63,911 bases of DNA from Salpingoeca rosetta (GCA_033442325.1 JAWQFM010000027.1:935047-998957); one strand, 5' to 3'; numbered from the stretch's first letter, positions 33,231-46,648 are shown. Translations and numbers: made by a program. Notes: generated by a model from the letters alone, not told the origin.

Positions 33231-33314
33231 ACACACAGACACACACACACACACACGCACACACACGCACACACACACTCACGACGGGCGTTGGGTTGTC
33301 CTCTCGCTGCTCAT
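28747..33314 (-). CDS. CCDC28-like (DUF4061-like) coiled-coil protein with long disordered C-terminal tail; about 9 exons
   Basis: Phase-compatible exons from ATG 33314 ([10 protein letters not shown]|SMGDLK...), then ~32973-32722, ~32520-32435, ~32295-32239, ~32069-32000, ~31758-31653, ~31333-31292, ~31116-31070, 30810-28747. Spliced core: [52 protein letters not shown]...[16 protein letters not shown]. Confidence 0.6.
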
Positions 33315-33383
33315 CTTTCCGTTGCTTCTTTGGTAAAACTGAATTAAGTCCAATCGACTGAATCCAGTCATTGGGAGTGGAGT

Positions 33384-33479
<96 letters not shown>

Positions 33480-33595
33480 CTTTGTGTGCGACACACACAC
33501 ACACGTCTGTACCACAATACTACATGAACAGAAGAGTTGTTGTTTATTGTGCCCATGACATCACAAGCACAAGCACAAGCACATGGAGATGGTGC

Positions 33596-35710
33596 TCATC
33601 TGACGTCAAAGTGCCTCTTCTCGAGCCCCCAGACCTTGCACATGGCGTCCACGGCCTTGTGGGCGAGCTTGCAGTGGAACGTAATCTGCTGCTGCTTCTT
33701 CTTCCTGCCCGCAATCTGCTTCACGTCCACCGCCGCAGAGACAAGCTGCTTGAGTCGCGACAACGTGTCTGCGTCCGCCTCCAGTCCAAGGTCGTCCCAG
33801 CGCGTGACAATGACGTGCTGGCGGCCCTTGACGCGCTTCGACTGCACCAGGATCTTCTGGTTCTGCTTCACCTTCCCCTTGCGCGGCGGCTGCTTGCCCT
33901 TGATGGCCGCCATCTGCTTGCGCTTCGCATCGCTCTCCACCATGGCCACGCCGCGCAACAGCCCGTCATCATCATCACTGTCACCGTCATCGTGTGGCAC
34001 CACCACATCGTCCACGTCAAACAGCAGGTCCGAGTGCGTGTAGTCGATGCTGTCAATCATGAGTTTGCCGGTCACGGGTTCGGATATGGTGATGAGCCCT
34101 TCCTCCGCCATCGCGGCAAGAAACTTCTTCACCTGCTTCCATTTCGTGGCCTTGATGTTGAACGCGCGCTCGCGCAGCCGCGACGCTGCAGGCTTGATGT
34201 GCTGTGCCATGGCCGTGCTTGCAAGCAACGGCAGCGCGTCTGCGGTCAGTGTTGTCTTGATGGCCAGCAGCAGCGCCAGCTTGGCCACCTCGTCCGCCGT
34301 GCGCTCCGGCTCCGGCTCTGGCTCCGGCTCTGGTTGTGGTTGTGGTTGTGCCTCAAGTTGTGGCTGCGGTTCTGGTTGTGGTTCTGGTTGTGGTTCTGGT
34401 TGTGGTTCGGTTTGGGATTCAGAGTGCTCTTCACTGCCTGCTAGCTGTTGCTCGTCTTGCTCGGATGTCTGTGTTGTGGATGAGGACAGGTGTGCTGTCG
34501 CAGTCACTGCATCTGCTGCAGTGTCTGGTTGCTGCTCACCAGCACCTTCTTCTGTTGCTGCCTCTCCTTGCTCCTCCTGCCCGTGTGTCTCTTCCTTCTC
34601 CTGCTTGTGTGTCTCTTCTTCCTCCTCTCCTTGCTCCTGCTGCTCCTGCTGCTCCTGCTGCTCCTGCTCCTGCACCTCCTTTCCTTCAACCTCCCTCCCT
34701 TCAGCAGCGCCCTTCTCCTCCCTCCCTTCCTCCTCCTCCGTCTGCACGTGCTCCTCTTCCTCGGGCGTAAGGTGCGGCGACTCAAGAAACGCCGTTGCCT
34801 CCGCGAACGTTCGCGTCAGCTCCTCCACCTCTGCACTCAGTTCTTGTTCGCGGGCAAGCTTGGCTTCCTGGTCCGGGTCGAGCGATGCGCCCTGTGCCTT
34901 CTTCTCCTTCAGGTCGGCAATGGCCCGCAGCGCCTTGGTTGCCTTGCGGTGCTCCTTCGGGTGTGCGGCGACCGTGGCCTCCGCAGCGGCGATCTTCGCC
35001 CGCAGCCGCTCCTGGTTGCGCTTGTCCACTGCGGCCTGGGCGCGCGCGTGCGCCTGCTGCACAATCTTGTCCTCGTGCTCCTGGATGGCCTCGTCCACGA
35101 TGTCTGGCTTCTCCGTGGGGATGCGCGCATGCCCTTCCAGCCACAGGGTGTCGTCGATGTGGTGCAGGATGCCGATGCTCTCGCCGACGGCGCCCTTGAA
35201 CTCCAGGTCGCGCGAGTCCAGCAGCCACTCGCCGATGGCAAACGGAAACCACACGCCCTGTTCGTGTAGTAGCACCTTGTCGCCCTTGTTGAAGCGGCCA
35301 AAGTTGTACGTCACCCACGAGACGCGCGGAGAGGGCGGCTGGCGCATCAGCACGCCCGGCATGAAGAGCCGGTCGTGCTTGGTGCAGATCTTCCGCTGCA
35401 GCCCGGGCGCCACCTCCACGGAGGGCATGATCTGTGGCGCAATGTGCAACGAGTAGAGCGTGGGCAAGAGCTCCTCCTTGCCGCCCTTGGGGTGCACGGT
35501 GAAGAAGACGGGCAGCCCATCGTAGTAGTAGGCGGACGCGTGCGAGGCAAACTTCTGCTGCTTGATCAGGCCGTTCACGGGCACCAGGCCGTCGAGCTGT
35601 GCCTGGCTCACCCGAGGATACGCCTCTGTGATGCTGGCGCGCAGCCGCCGCACCCCAGACTGCTTCACCTGTACCTTGGCCCCTTTCTTCTTCTGCTCTT
35701 TCCGAAACAT
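33596..35710 (-). CDS. EIF2D: Divergent eIF2D/ligatin-like translation factor (pre-PUA/PUA, winged helix, SUI1); single exon
   Basis: 704-aa ORF starting MFRK...VKQSGVRRLRASI; PVFF...LLPTLYSL; LFMPGV; HHIDDTLW; winged helix LPLLAST...FNIKATKWKQVKKFLAAMAEEGLI; C-terminal SUI1-like domain ending WGLEKRHFDV. Confidence 0.78.
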   Translation of the reverse strand: MFRKEQKKKGAKVQVKQSGVRRLRASITEAYPRVSQAQLDGLVPVNGLIKQQKFASHASAYYYDGLPVFFTVHPKGGKEELLPTLYSLHIAPQIMPSVEVAPGLQRKICTKHDRLFMPGVLMRQPPSPRVSWVTYNFGRFNKGDKVLLHEQGVWFPFAIGEWLLDSRDLEFKGAVGESIGILHHIDDTLWLEGHARIPTEKPDIVDEAIQEHEDKIVQQAHARAQAAVDKRNQERLRAKIAAAEATVAAHPKEHRKATKALRAIADLKEKKAQGASLDPDQEAKLAREQELSAEVEELTRTFAEATAFLESPHLTPEEEEHVQTEEEEGREEKGAAEGREVEGKEVQEQEQQEQQEQQEQGEEEEETHKQEKEETHGQEEQGEAATEEGAGEQQPDTAADAVTATAHLSSSTTQTSEQDEQQLAGSEEHSESQTEPQPEPQPEPQPEPQPQLEAQPQPQPEPEPEPEPERTADEVAKLALLLAIKTTLTADALPLLASTAMAQHIKPAASRLRERAFNIKATKWKQVKKFLAAMAEEGLITISEPVTGKLMIDSIDYTHSDLLFDVDDVVVPHDDGDSDDDDGLLRGVAMVESDAKRKQMAAIKGKQPPRKGKVKQNQKILVQSKRVKGRQHVIVTRWDDLGLEADADTLSRLKQLVSAAVDVKQIAGRKKKQQQITFHCKLAHKAVDAMCKVWGLEKRHFDVR

Positions 35711-35926
35711 GGTTGACCTTGCCTTGTATGCTGTGGTGTTGTCGTGTTCTGTTACACAGCGTTTGAGGATGATGAGAGTGTGCTTGTTTGTGTGCCGGCC
35801 TTGCTCTTCGTCTCGCTTCTTGCTTGCTTGTCAGCGTGCTTCGCGAAATATTGCGCATGATGCCAACCACTTTTCCGCAACCACAACTACCAATACAAAC
35901 CACTGACCAACCAACTAACGCAGAAG
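35711..35926. promoter_or_regulatory. Probable bidirectional promoter, eIF2D-like / cyclophilin
   Basis: 216 bp between divergent start codons; inferred from position only. Confidence 0.55.
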
Positions 35927-36182
35927 ATGGCTGCTCGCAACGCAAAGGTGTTCATGGACATTGCCATTGGCAACAAGCCAGGTCAGTGGAGGGAGGGGGG
36001 GGGAAGGAAATAGGGGGAATTGTGCGTCTGTGTTTGCGCGTATGCGTGCGTGTTTGCGTGTGCGTGTGCGTGTGTGTTTGTGAGTTGCTTCGGTTCTTTG
36101 TCATTGACACGTGCTTGAGCACACCGCACCTTGTGCAGCTGGCCGATTGGTGATGAAGCTCTTCAGCAAAGACGTCCCAAAG

Positions 36183-36221
<39 letters not shown>

Positions 36222-36987
36222 CTGACTTGCACGTGTGTGTGTTAGCTTGCTTGGGCCCCTCTCACCTTGCTTCCATCCTGATTGCCTTGCTGCGTTTGTC
36301 TCCTTGGAAGACTGCCGAGAACTTCCGCGCCCTCTGGTGAGTCGTCGCAATGTGTTTCGTATGTGTGTGTGTGTGTGTGCGCGCGTGTGTGAGCAATCTT
36401 GCGCGTAGTGTTTCTTTGACACTCATCATTGCTTGCTTCCTCAAACGCTGCTGACTCGAATATGCGCAACGTGTCGTTGCATTCCTCCTTGCGTCTCCTG
36501 TGACGAGACAGCACTGGCGAGCGCGGTGTCGGCAAGTCTGGCGTTCCCCTCCACTTCAAGAACTCCACCTTCCACCGCATCATCCCCGGCTTCATGTGCC
36601 AGGTGCGTTCGCACAACGTGCAGCATGCGCGTGTTTATTGTTTGTGTGTTTATTGTGCTTCCTATGTTGCATGTGCGACCTTCTTGTGCGTGTACGCTTG
36701 CCTGTTGTGTTGGCATCTCAACACAGGTGCTCGTTGCACACTTGCCTGTGCGCACTTGCGCCACACTTGCGCCGCACTCTTGCACGCGCGCCACCACAAC
36801 CACGCACACCTGTTCCAACACCGCTGCCTCTGCCTGTCCAATTGCCCAGGGCGGTGACTTCACACACGGCACCGGCATTGGCGGGGAGAGCATCTATGGC
36901 GCCCGCTTCCCCGACGAGAACTTCAAGTTCAAGCACGACAAGCCAGGTTTGTGCGTGTGTGTGTGTGTGTGTGTGTGCGTGCGTCTA

Positions 36988-37033
<46 letters not shown>

Positions 37034-37832
37034 TGTCTGTGTGTTGTTAGTACACATGCCTCGAGCATCCTCTCTTGCATAATTGCTTCCCACCCGCCAG
37101 CCACGACACTCCCACCCCTGACACACACACACACACACACACACACACCGCCATCGCTTCAGGCCTCCTGTCCATGGCCAACGCCGGCCCCAACACCAAC
37201 GGCTCCCAGTTCTTCATCACCACCGTCCCCACCCCGCACCTCGACGGACGGTGTGTGTGTGTCTGTGTGTGTCTGTGTGTGTCTGTGTGTCTGTGTGTCT
37301 GTGTATGTCTGTGTGTGTCTGTGTGTGTGTGTGTGTGCGTGTCTGTGTGTGTCTGTGTGTGTCTGTGTACGACTGGTTTTGTCATTTCCGTGTCTCTTTC
37401 TGCCCCTTTTGCCTCTTCCGCTCCCGCCTCTCCCTCCCCCATGTCTCTCTCGGCCTCTCTGCGCAACACCAATGCCATCTACTCCAACGACACGCTCACC
37501 GTCTCCACGCCCCACACCCCGCCCTGTTGCTGCTGTTGCTGCTCGTGTGCAGGCACGTGGTGTTTGGCGAGCTTGTCGAGGGCGTGAACACCCTCCGCTC
37601 CATGGAGTCTGTGGTGAGTCGCGGTGCTGTGAGGTGTGATATGTGGTGGTGTTGCAGGGGGCTGGAGGCCGCACCACACTGCTGCTGCTGCTGCTGCTGC
37701 TTGGTGCATTGCAATATTGACTCGCGTGTGTCCCCTCACCACACGCCCTGTATGTAGGGTTCGATGCCGCATGGAGAGACGCAGGCGCCGGTGGTCATCA
37801 CGGACTGCGGCGAGATTGAGGACGTGGAGTAG
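35927..37832 (+). CDS. Cyclophilin-type peptidyl-prolyl cis-trans isomerase (single domain, divergent-loop type); 8 exons
   Basis: Spliced: [12 protein letters not shown]|[15 protein letters not shown]|TAENFRALC|[30 protein letters not shown]|[17 protein letters not shown]...|[29 protein letters not shown]|[11 protein letters not shown]...|...[13 protein letters not shown]-stop. Confidence 0.95.
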
Positions 37833-38018
37833 GGCGTGGCACCGAGGCGCATGTGGCTGCATCATGTGTTGTAAATGTAACAATACGTGTAAATCAACCC
37901 ACAAAGCAGTGAGACAGACAGAGAGATAGAGAGAGACAGAGACAGAGGGACAGAGACAGAGGGAGAGGGGAGGAACAAAGCCAGGTGTGCAGACAGTGTG
38001 CGCGTGTGCGTGTCGTAC

Positions 38019-38134
<116 letters not shown>

Positions 38135-38439
38135 CACACACACAAAGCCAAATCTTTGCTGCTGCATTTTGTGCTGTCGTGTGGAAAAGTTGTTGGGCGA
38201 CTGCGAGCGAAGTTGGTTGCTGTGGTGGTTCTCATGGTTGTCTTGCGAGCTGGTCTTCCATCCACACTCAAGCGAGCACAAGTACGTGCTCACGCACACA
38301 CACGCACACACGCACACACGCACACTCACTACGCACGCGTACACGTGCCCGTCACCCACTGCAGGTAACAGGAAAGAGCATCTGCACGCACGCACGCACG
38401 GCCTGGTGCGTGTGCAACTGGCGCGGTGTTGAACAAAGC

Positions 38440-40288
38440 ATGGCATCCAAACAAGAAGGACTCTCGAGTGAGAACGGCGTGTGGGACGAGCACCAGCAAC
38501 AGCAACAGCAGCAACAACAGCAGCAACAGCAACAGCACGGACACACAGCTTCAGCACAGGACAGTCATAACGCCGGCACAGCGTGGGTGCAGGGGCTTGA
38601 CCGCGATAATTCAGCATCCAGCAACGACAACCTCGAGAACAATGACTTGAGCCAGCCCACGAGCACGGCTCAACACCAGCAACAGCACCCACAGCAGCAA
38701 CCACAGCACAGAGTAGACGATGAAGCGAGTGGGACACACGGCAAAGTTCACCCTCATGGTGGCATCGAAGCAGAGGCCAAGCACCGGCACGCTGCGGTCG
38801 AAACGGATGATATGGAGCACGCGTGGCAAAGTTTTACCGTTGCACAAACGCGCCAGGACAGCGACGCCAGCAGCAGCACACACGACAATGGCAAAACTGT
38901 GGTGCAGGCTGGGTCAGCCGCAACCAACACACAGTCGCACGAGACCACTCCTTCGCCTAACACCCCGAGCGCTGTGCAAAGCACTGGTGCGCAAAGCACT
39001 GGTGCGCAAGTGGCTGCGCGCACTTCCACCGACACCCGACTCGACGCTGCTAGAACAACAACAACAGTGACGGATGATGACGATGATGGCGATCGTGGTG
39101 ATGATAACGTCGTTGGTGATACTGCTGAAGCTGTTGGTGTTGGTGTTGAGCGTCACGGTAGAAGCCGCGGCCCTGGCGCCAACAGCAGCCCGCAACTCAC
39201 ACCGCTGTCGCCGCTGGAGGAGAGCAGGGACGGGCACAGCAGTGTCGCCAGCAGCGTAAGATCTGACGGCGTGGATGGCAGTAAGCGCGCGGCATCAAGC
39301 AGTCCACGTCGTAAGCCGGGCAGGAGCGTGTCGGCTTCATCGGGGCAGTCGATACAGAAGCGCCACAGCACCGCAGCCGTGTTCCACGTCTCAGATGTGG
39401 TGAGCGATCTTGAGAAGAGAACGAGAGGGGGGGGGATAGTGGGGCTTCTTTTTTGATGGTGCAGGCAGAGGAAGTGGGGGAGGGGGCTTGGTGGTGGTCG
39501 CTCTTGCGTGTGTGTGTGTGTGTGTTTGTTTGTTTGTGTGTGTGTTTGTTTGTTTGTGTGTGTGTGTGTTGTTGTTGTTGTTGTTGCTGTTGTTGTTGTT
39601 GTTGTTGTTGCCTTGCATCCGCTCAAATCCACTTCTGCACGTGCGTGTGCGTCTGGAACTTGTGCGCCAACAGCACTTCCCAAACTCGTCCCTCAACTGT
39701 CTCCACATCCCGCCAGAGGACCTCGCGGTTCGTTTATTGTGGCGTTTGAGAGAGTGTGTGTCCGTCCGTCCGTCCGTCCGTCCGTCTGTCTGTCTGTCTG
39801 TCTGTGGGTGTCTGTTGTTTGTTCCCTTTTGTTGTGTCTCGGTTGTGCGTACTGTCTCCGCTCTCACCTCAGCATCTTTCCCTGCAGCAACAAATTGCCC
39901 TTCTTGATCTCAACGCTTTCAAGGCCATCAGGCCAGAGGTGCGATGCGGTGGTTGTGGTTGTAAATGTAATTGTGGTTGTGGTTGTGGTTGTGGTTGTGG
40001 TTGTGGGAGGCATTGTGCGTGTGTCTACGACATGCGCACGTTCTTTTTACACACACATGCATCTGCATCCGCCCTACATTGCACTTCAGGAGTTGCAAAA
40101 CTGTGCATGGACGAAAGACGACAAACACACACGCGCACCAAACGTCGTTGCATTCACACGGCGGTTCAACTACGTAAGAAGGAGAGAGAGAGAGAGAGAG
40201 GGAGGGAGTGTGCGTGTGTATGTGTGTGTGTGTGTGTGTGCGTGTGTATGTGTGTGCGTGTGTATGTGTGTGCGTGTGCGTGTGTATG

Positions 40289-40330
<42 letters not shown>

Positions 40331-41472
40331 TGCGTGTATGTGTGTGCAGCGTACGGCTGTTGCTGGGAGCCAGCGCAATGACACCACCACTGCTTGCTCA
40401 TGCCGCCACCGCCGCCACCGCCATCGACATCGTGACAGACGAGCTACTGGGTGATTCAGGAGCTGCTGTGTGCGGACGGATTGCAGGACCGCTTGAACCG
40501 TCTCGTCCTCTTCATCAAAGTGGCAAAGGTGATGATGATGATAGTGATGATGATGGTGCAGATGGGATGATGGTGATTGCGGGATAGTGATGTGGCTGTG
40601 TATGTATGTGTGTTGTTTGTATGTTTGTTGTTGCGCCTTCTTCCTTGCATCTGTCTCATTACAACCGTCATCATCTCCTCATCGTCTTTACCATCATCAC
40701 CACCACCACTCTTCGCCCCGCCCCACCCCCGCACCTCACCCAACTTCCAGAAACTGCACGAGTACAACGACTTGAACGGGCTGCTGGCCATCATATCTGC
40801 ACTGCAAAGCGCTCCCATCTACAGACTCCACAGGACGTGGCGGGTGAGATGGCCCTGTGTGTCTCTGTGTGTGTGTGTGTGTGTCTGTGTGTGTGTCTGT
40901 GTGTGCGTGTGTCTGTGTGCGTGGACATGTGTGTGCGTGGACATGTGTGTGTGTGCGTGTGCGTGTACATGCGTCTCGCTCTCGCTCCGCACCAATCAAG
41001 CCTTGACATGGGATACTGCTAGTTCTGGTTTCCCCCTCCCCACCTCACTACCATCACCACCACCACCACCACCAGTTGCTGAAGGAAAAACACAGCGAGC
41101 GGCTGGAGCGATTGGAGGAATTTCTCTCGGGCGACGACAACCACGCCGCGGTGAGCAAAGGAGATATAGCGGTGGTTGGTGTCAGGTCTGTGATGGTGAT
41201 GGTGCTGCTGACTGGCTCGTGCGTTTTGGCACGCTCTTGTGTTTTGGCACGCTCATGTGTTTTGGTACGCTCATGTGTTGTTATCCTTGCCTTCTTCTCA
41301 CCATTTCCACGCGCCTACCCCTTGTTCTCCTCCCCCGTCTGTCTTCTTCATCCCCGTGACCGCCAGCTGCGTGCCCATCTGCAAACCACAAAACTCCCCT
41401 GCATCCCGTACCTCGGCCTCTACCTGGTCAGTGACAAACGCATGTGGTTGTGTGCCTGTGTGTGTGTGTGTG

Positions 41473-41524
<52 letters not shown>

Positions 41525-42299
41525 CGTGCGTGTGTGCGTGTGTGTGTCTGTGTGTCTGTGTCTGTGTCTGTGTGTGTGTGCCTGTGTGTGCCTGCGTGTG
41601 CCTGCGTGCGTGCGTGTGTCTGTGTGTCTGTGTCAATGTCTGTGTCAATGTCTGTGTCAATGTCTGTGTCTGCGTTCATACGTCTTATGCTCATGTCCAT
41701 ACCACCACCACCACCACCACCACCACCACCACGTCGCAATTGGCAGACGGACCTGATGCACTTGATGACAAAGCGGTCGCAGTCAAACGCAACAGATGAA
41801 CAGCACGAGGAGGTGGGCTCAACGTGTGATTGTGTCAATGTTCTCTGCTTATGCATGGACTGATTTGCATGATCCACAACCCCACCTTATTCCCCCATCC
41901 ACAACACATCCACAACACATCCACATTTTATCCACAACTCAACATCACCACCACACCCTCCCTCCCCTCCCTCCCCTCCCTTTCCTCCCTCCATCCCTCT
42001 GCCAGGGCGCGGTGTTTGCAGCGCTGCTGCGGTTCCAGCAGTCCTCGTATGCGTTCAAGGTCAATGGGTTTGTGCGTGACTACCTGCAGGCGTGGCGCTA
42101 CAACGAGGAGGACACACGCCGCATTGAGAAGGAGCAGTACATGCGGTCGCTGCTGATTGAGGCGCGAACAGCGGGAGAACCGAAGCAGGAGCACGATGAC
42201 GATGGCGATGATGAACAGGAGGCAAGCCCATCCGTCTTATCGTCTGTCAACGCCAGGGTACGCGCAATCGAAGTGGGGGGGGGGTGCTGTTGTGTGTGT

Positions 42300-42331
<32 letters not shown>

Positions 42332-42666
42332 CTGTCTGTCTGTGTGTGTGTGTGTGTGTGTATCTGTGTGTTCGTTTGTTGTGTTGTTACGTTTGTGGAT
42401 GTCACCATGCAACCGTCTGCATTTTGCGTCTCCTTCATCTTCGTACTCACAAGAGCACTCCTTGTCGATTGTTCATCGCCACCAGCTGGCAAACTTCAAA
42501 TCGAAGGTGAAGAAGAACAGCAGCCTTCCCTTCAGACACGTCCGCGCACAGGGTCAGTCACATCGCATGCCATGTGTTCGTGTGTGTGTGTGCGTGCGTG
42601 CGTGTGTGTATGTATGTATGTGTGTGTGTGTGTGTGTGTGTGCTCTTCAACAACACCAGCACCCAT

Positions 42667-42722
<56 letters not shown>

Positions 42723-43097
42723 NNNNNNNNNNNNNNNNNNNNNNNNNNNNNNNNNNNNNNNNNNNNNNNNNNNNNNNNNNNNNNNNNNNNNNNNNNNNNN
42801 NNNNNNNNNNNNNNNNNNNNNNNNNNNNNNNNNNNNNNNNNNNNNNNNNNNNNNNNNNNNNNNNNNNNNNNNNNNNNNNNNNNNNNNNNNNNNNNNNNNN
42901 NNNNNNNNNNNNNNNNNNNNNNNNNNNNNNNNNNNNNNNNNNNNNNNNNNNNNNNNNNNNNNNNNNNNNNNNNNNNNNNNNNNNNNNNNNNNNNNNNNNN
43001 NNNNNNNNNNNNNNNNNNNNNNNNNNNNNNNNNNNNNNNNNNNNNNNNNNNNNNNNNNNNNNNNNNNNNNNNNNNNNNNNNNNNNNNNNNNNNNNNN

Positions 43098-43183
<86 letters not shown>

Positions 43184-43211
43184 TTCATCATCATCATCAT
43201 CATCATCATCG

Positions 43212-43280
<69 letters not shown>

Positions 43281-45764
43281 CCATCATCACCATCACCACC
43301 ACCGCAGGCCACCGCCGCGTGCGATCACTTGGAAGCGCTTTCCTCCCCGGCAGCAACGCCAACCTGCTCGAAGATGTGAGAACACACGCATCGTCTCTGA
43401 CCCTGTCGCTTGCTACTATTTTTTTTTTGTGTGTGTGTGCGTCTGCTGCTATTTTTTCATCTCGTGGTTCCCCAAACACACCGTTCCTGACCTCTTCCAA
43501 CCAACCTCCATATCAATTCTCCCACGTCCACGTTCACGTTCACGTCAGGGCCCGGACACGCCCCTCACGGAAGATGTGTCGTCCGCAGACGCACACGCGC
43601 ATTTCATTTCGGAGCGCAGCAATCCGGACTCGGCCTCCAATGACAGCGGCAGCAGCATCATTGCACCAACGCCAACAAAGGAGGTGTGTGTGTGTGTGTG
43701 CGCGCGCGCGTGTGTGTGTGTGTGTGAATGTGTGTGTGTGTGTGTTGTGTGTGTGAATGTGTGTGTGTGTGCGTGAATGTGCGTGAATGTGCGTGAATGT
43801 GCGTGTGTGCGTGCCCGCCTGCACAACACGCCTGTCTTCATGTTTGGTACCACGACTCAAGCTCTCTCACACCACCCATGACCACCCCACTCCTCTCCAT
43901 GACCACCACGTTCCCCTTCGCTTCGATCAGTCGCGGAGTCGGCAGTTCTTTGGCACGCTCCTGCGCTACACCAGCTCGTCGCGCCAGCAGAAATGTAAGC
44001 TGTCAGCCACCGCTTGTCGTCGCTCCGTGTTGGCCGTTGTGTTTGTGTTGTCTCTTGCAGCATGCGACAAGTGATCCTGATTCCCACCATCGCCACCACC
44101 TCCACCATCATCACCATCACCACACTTGCCATGATGATCATCCATCATAACCACTCTATCATCATCATATTGCCATGATCCGCAGCTGAAAGTGCGTCAC
44201 CGCGTCCCCGGTCCCATCGCGGGAAGCGGCACAGCATATCCGTCGACAGCTCGCTTGACACGTCCCTGGAGGATGACAGGTGTGCATAGCACACATGTTC
44301 AATGCCATTGACTGTGATGCAGTTGCTTGCCCCACATATGTGCAAGCTTTCTCGCTCACACGTATGTACACACACTCTCATACACAGACACACACACTCA
44401 CTCACTCACTCACTCACTCACTCACTCACTCACTCACTCACTCACTCACTCACTCACTCACTCACTCACTCACTCACCCACTCACTCACACACACACACT
44501 CACTCACTCACTCACTCACTCACTCACTCACTCACTCACTCACTCACTCACTCACTCACTCACTCACTCACTCACTCACTCACTCACTCACTCACTCACA
44601 CGCGCGCACATTGTACATTCACGTGCATACATATCCACCTGCACACATCAACGTGGTTATGGTGTGATGGATGATCAGGCCTGGCGATCACTGGCGGCTT
44701 CAGCTGCGCAGCGCAACAATGAAGGGCGGACGCACGGTCCGGTTTGCCGACCTCGACAACACATATGGCGATGACCACGGCAGTCGTGGTGGTGGCGGTG
44801 ATGATGACGGTGGACTGCGTGCAATGCTGCAGCACCAGCCGTCCGATCAAGCGATGAGCCGTCAACAGGAGTGGACGCGCGGGCACGCACACAACCCGAT
44901 GCTTGCGCACGCAACGCGCACACGCAGCTCCCATGATGATCCTGACACCAACGACGATGGTGGGAGCGGGAGGACTGGCGACAACAGCCATCGCGCTGAC
45001 ACTGGAGCTCCCACACACAACACCAGCAGCAACACCAACAGCAACAATAGCAACAGCAGCAGCGGCACCAACAAGCACAATGCCAACGAGACCATCGCTA
45101 CCACCACAACAAAACCAGCAACGCACAGCAGTGTACATAGCAGCAACCCCGCGCTCGCCATGACGGCAGCGAGTGTTCCGAGTATCTACGAACGCGATTA
45201 CCCACGCACATCGATCCTGGACAACTATGACAACGACATTGATGATGATGATGATGATGACGATGATGACGATGATGATGATCCGTTTGGTGTTGCTGCT
45301 GTCCTCCCCTCCTCCAGGCCAGGATCAGCTGATATCCTGGGGTGCGTGGCGTTGAGTGTGTCTGTGTGTGAGCAACTGTTTGGCTTGTGCGTATGTTTGC
45401 AAGACACGACTGTGTCTCAACCGTTGTGCGTTCCTCATCTTTACCCCCTCCCCTCTTCACTCCCCACCTCCTGTCCATTCTGTACGCCCAGGTCCATGCC
45501 TGAGGACCAGCAGCTGCTGCAAGAAGGTGTGCTGCGACAACGGCTCAGCTTGCCGGTACGACAAACATGTGTGTGCGTGTATGTGAGCATGCCACCATGC
45601 CAGAAAGGGGGAGTCCCTTTAAAGCCCGCACGCATTTTGCACTTGCTTCGTTCTCGCTTGCGCTCTTTTTGGGTGGTCTGCCATGGCCGGTGATTACTGA
45701 TACACGCGCACACACACACGCACACACATACAATCTCTCTCTCTCTCTCTCTCTCGCTCTCTCT

Positions 45765-45825
<61 letters not shown>

Positions 45826-46010
45826 TCACTCACTCACTCACTCACTCATTCACTCATGACGCATCATCCCCCTCCTTGTAAAATTGCGTGTGCAGTGGCG
45901 GCCTGCGCGCGTGTACTGGGCACGTCTCACGGCCACGGCACTCCACCTTTACAGACAGTCATCGCATATGAAGGGCAGATTCGACCGGGAGGCGGTGAGT
46001 TGAGTTGAGT

Positions 46011-46094
<84 letters not shown>

Positions 46095-46648
46095 CTTGTT
46101 GTTTTGTGGACGGCTAGTGCCACACGTTGCCAAAGTGCATGCTTCCCTTTCTTCTTCCGTGCCTCACGCCGTCCCTGCCTCCATGTGCCCCCCCCCCATT
46201 GCCCAGTTCAAGGAGTATCCGCATCGAACCGTGCTGCTCCGTGCGTTTTCCGTTGTTGTTGATCCTGGAACGCGCCATCCATCCTTCCAGCTCTCGTTTG
46301 CCGATGGTATGTGGTACAGCTGTTGTGCACACGCTGCGACTGCAGCGATGCTTGTTTTGCTGTCTGACTTGCTCTGCCACGAGTAATGTGTGTGTGTGTG
46401 TGTATCTGTGTATCTGTGTCTGTGTCTGCGTGTGTCTGTGTCTGTGTCTGTGTGTGTTGCTGCCCTTTTCCGCCTCACACACACACGCGCATACGCGCGC
46501 GCACACACGCACACGCACATGCACAACCGCTGCAGGGTCCAATTTGAAAATGTACGCGTTGGAGAAGGAGGCGAGGGACAAGTGGGTGCATGCACTATCA
46601 AGCCTTGCTTCTGGCTCAAGACCCTTTGACGCTTTCAGCCACGCATGA
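38440..46648 (+). CDS. RALGPS: RalGPS-like Ras-family GEF (CDC25 domain without REM, C-terminal PH); many exons, spans assembly gap
   Basis: Spliced IPPEDLA|[17 protein letters not shown]|[28 protein letters not shown]|[10 protein letters not shown]...|[30 protein letters not shown]...[10 protein letters not shown] matches RalGPS CDC25; GHRRVRSLG motif (43308-43335); PH exons 45492-46648. Start codon and middle exons less certain. Confidence 0.85.
42667..43281. repeat. (CAT)n tract in a RalGPS intron, interrupted by the assembly gap
   Basis: Both gap flanks are (CAT)n. Confidence 0.92.
42723..43097. other. Assembly gap (375 N)
   Basis: Run of n. Confidence 1.
44395..44598. repeat. (CACT)n microsatellite, intronic in RalGPS
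   Basis: Direct reading. Confidence 0.95.

Noticed and set aside
42532-43776. Poly-His, poly-Ser, poly-Ile and poly-Asp ORFs across the gap
   Set aside because: (CAT)n intron tract plus Ns; the real exon resumes after ...caccgcag at about 43308.
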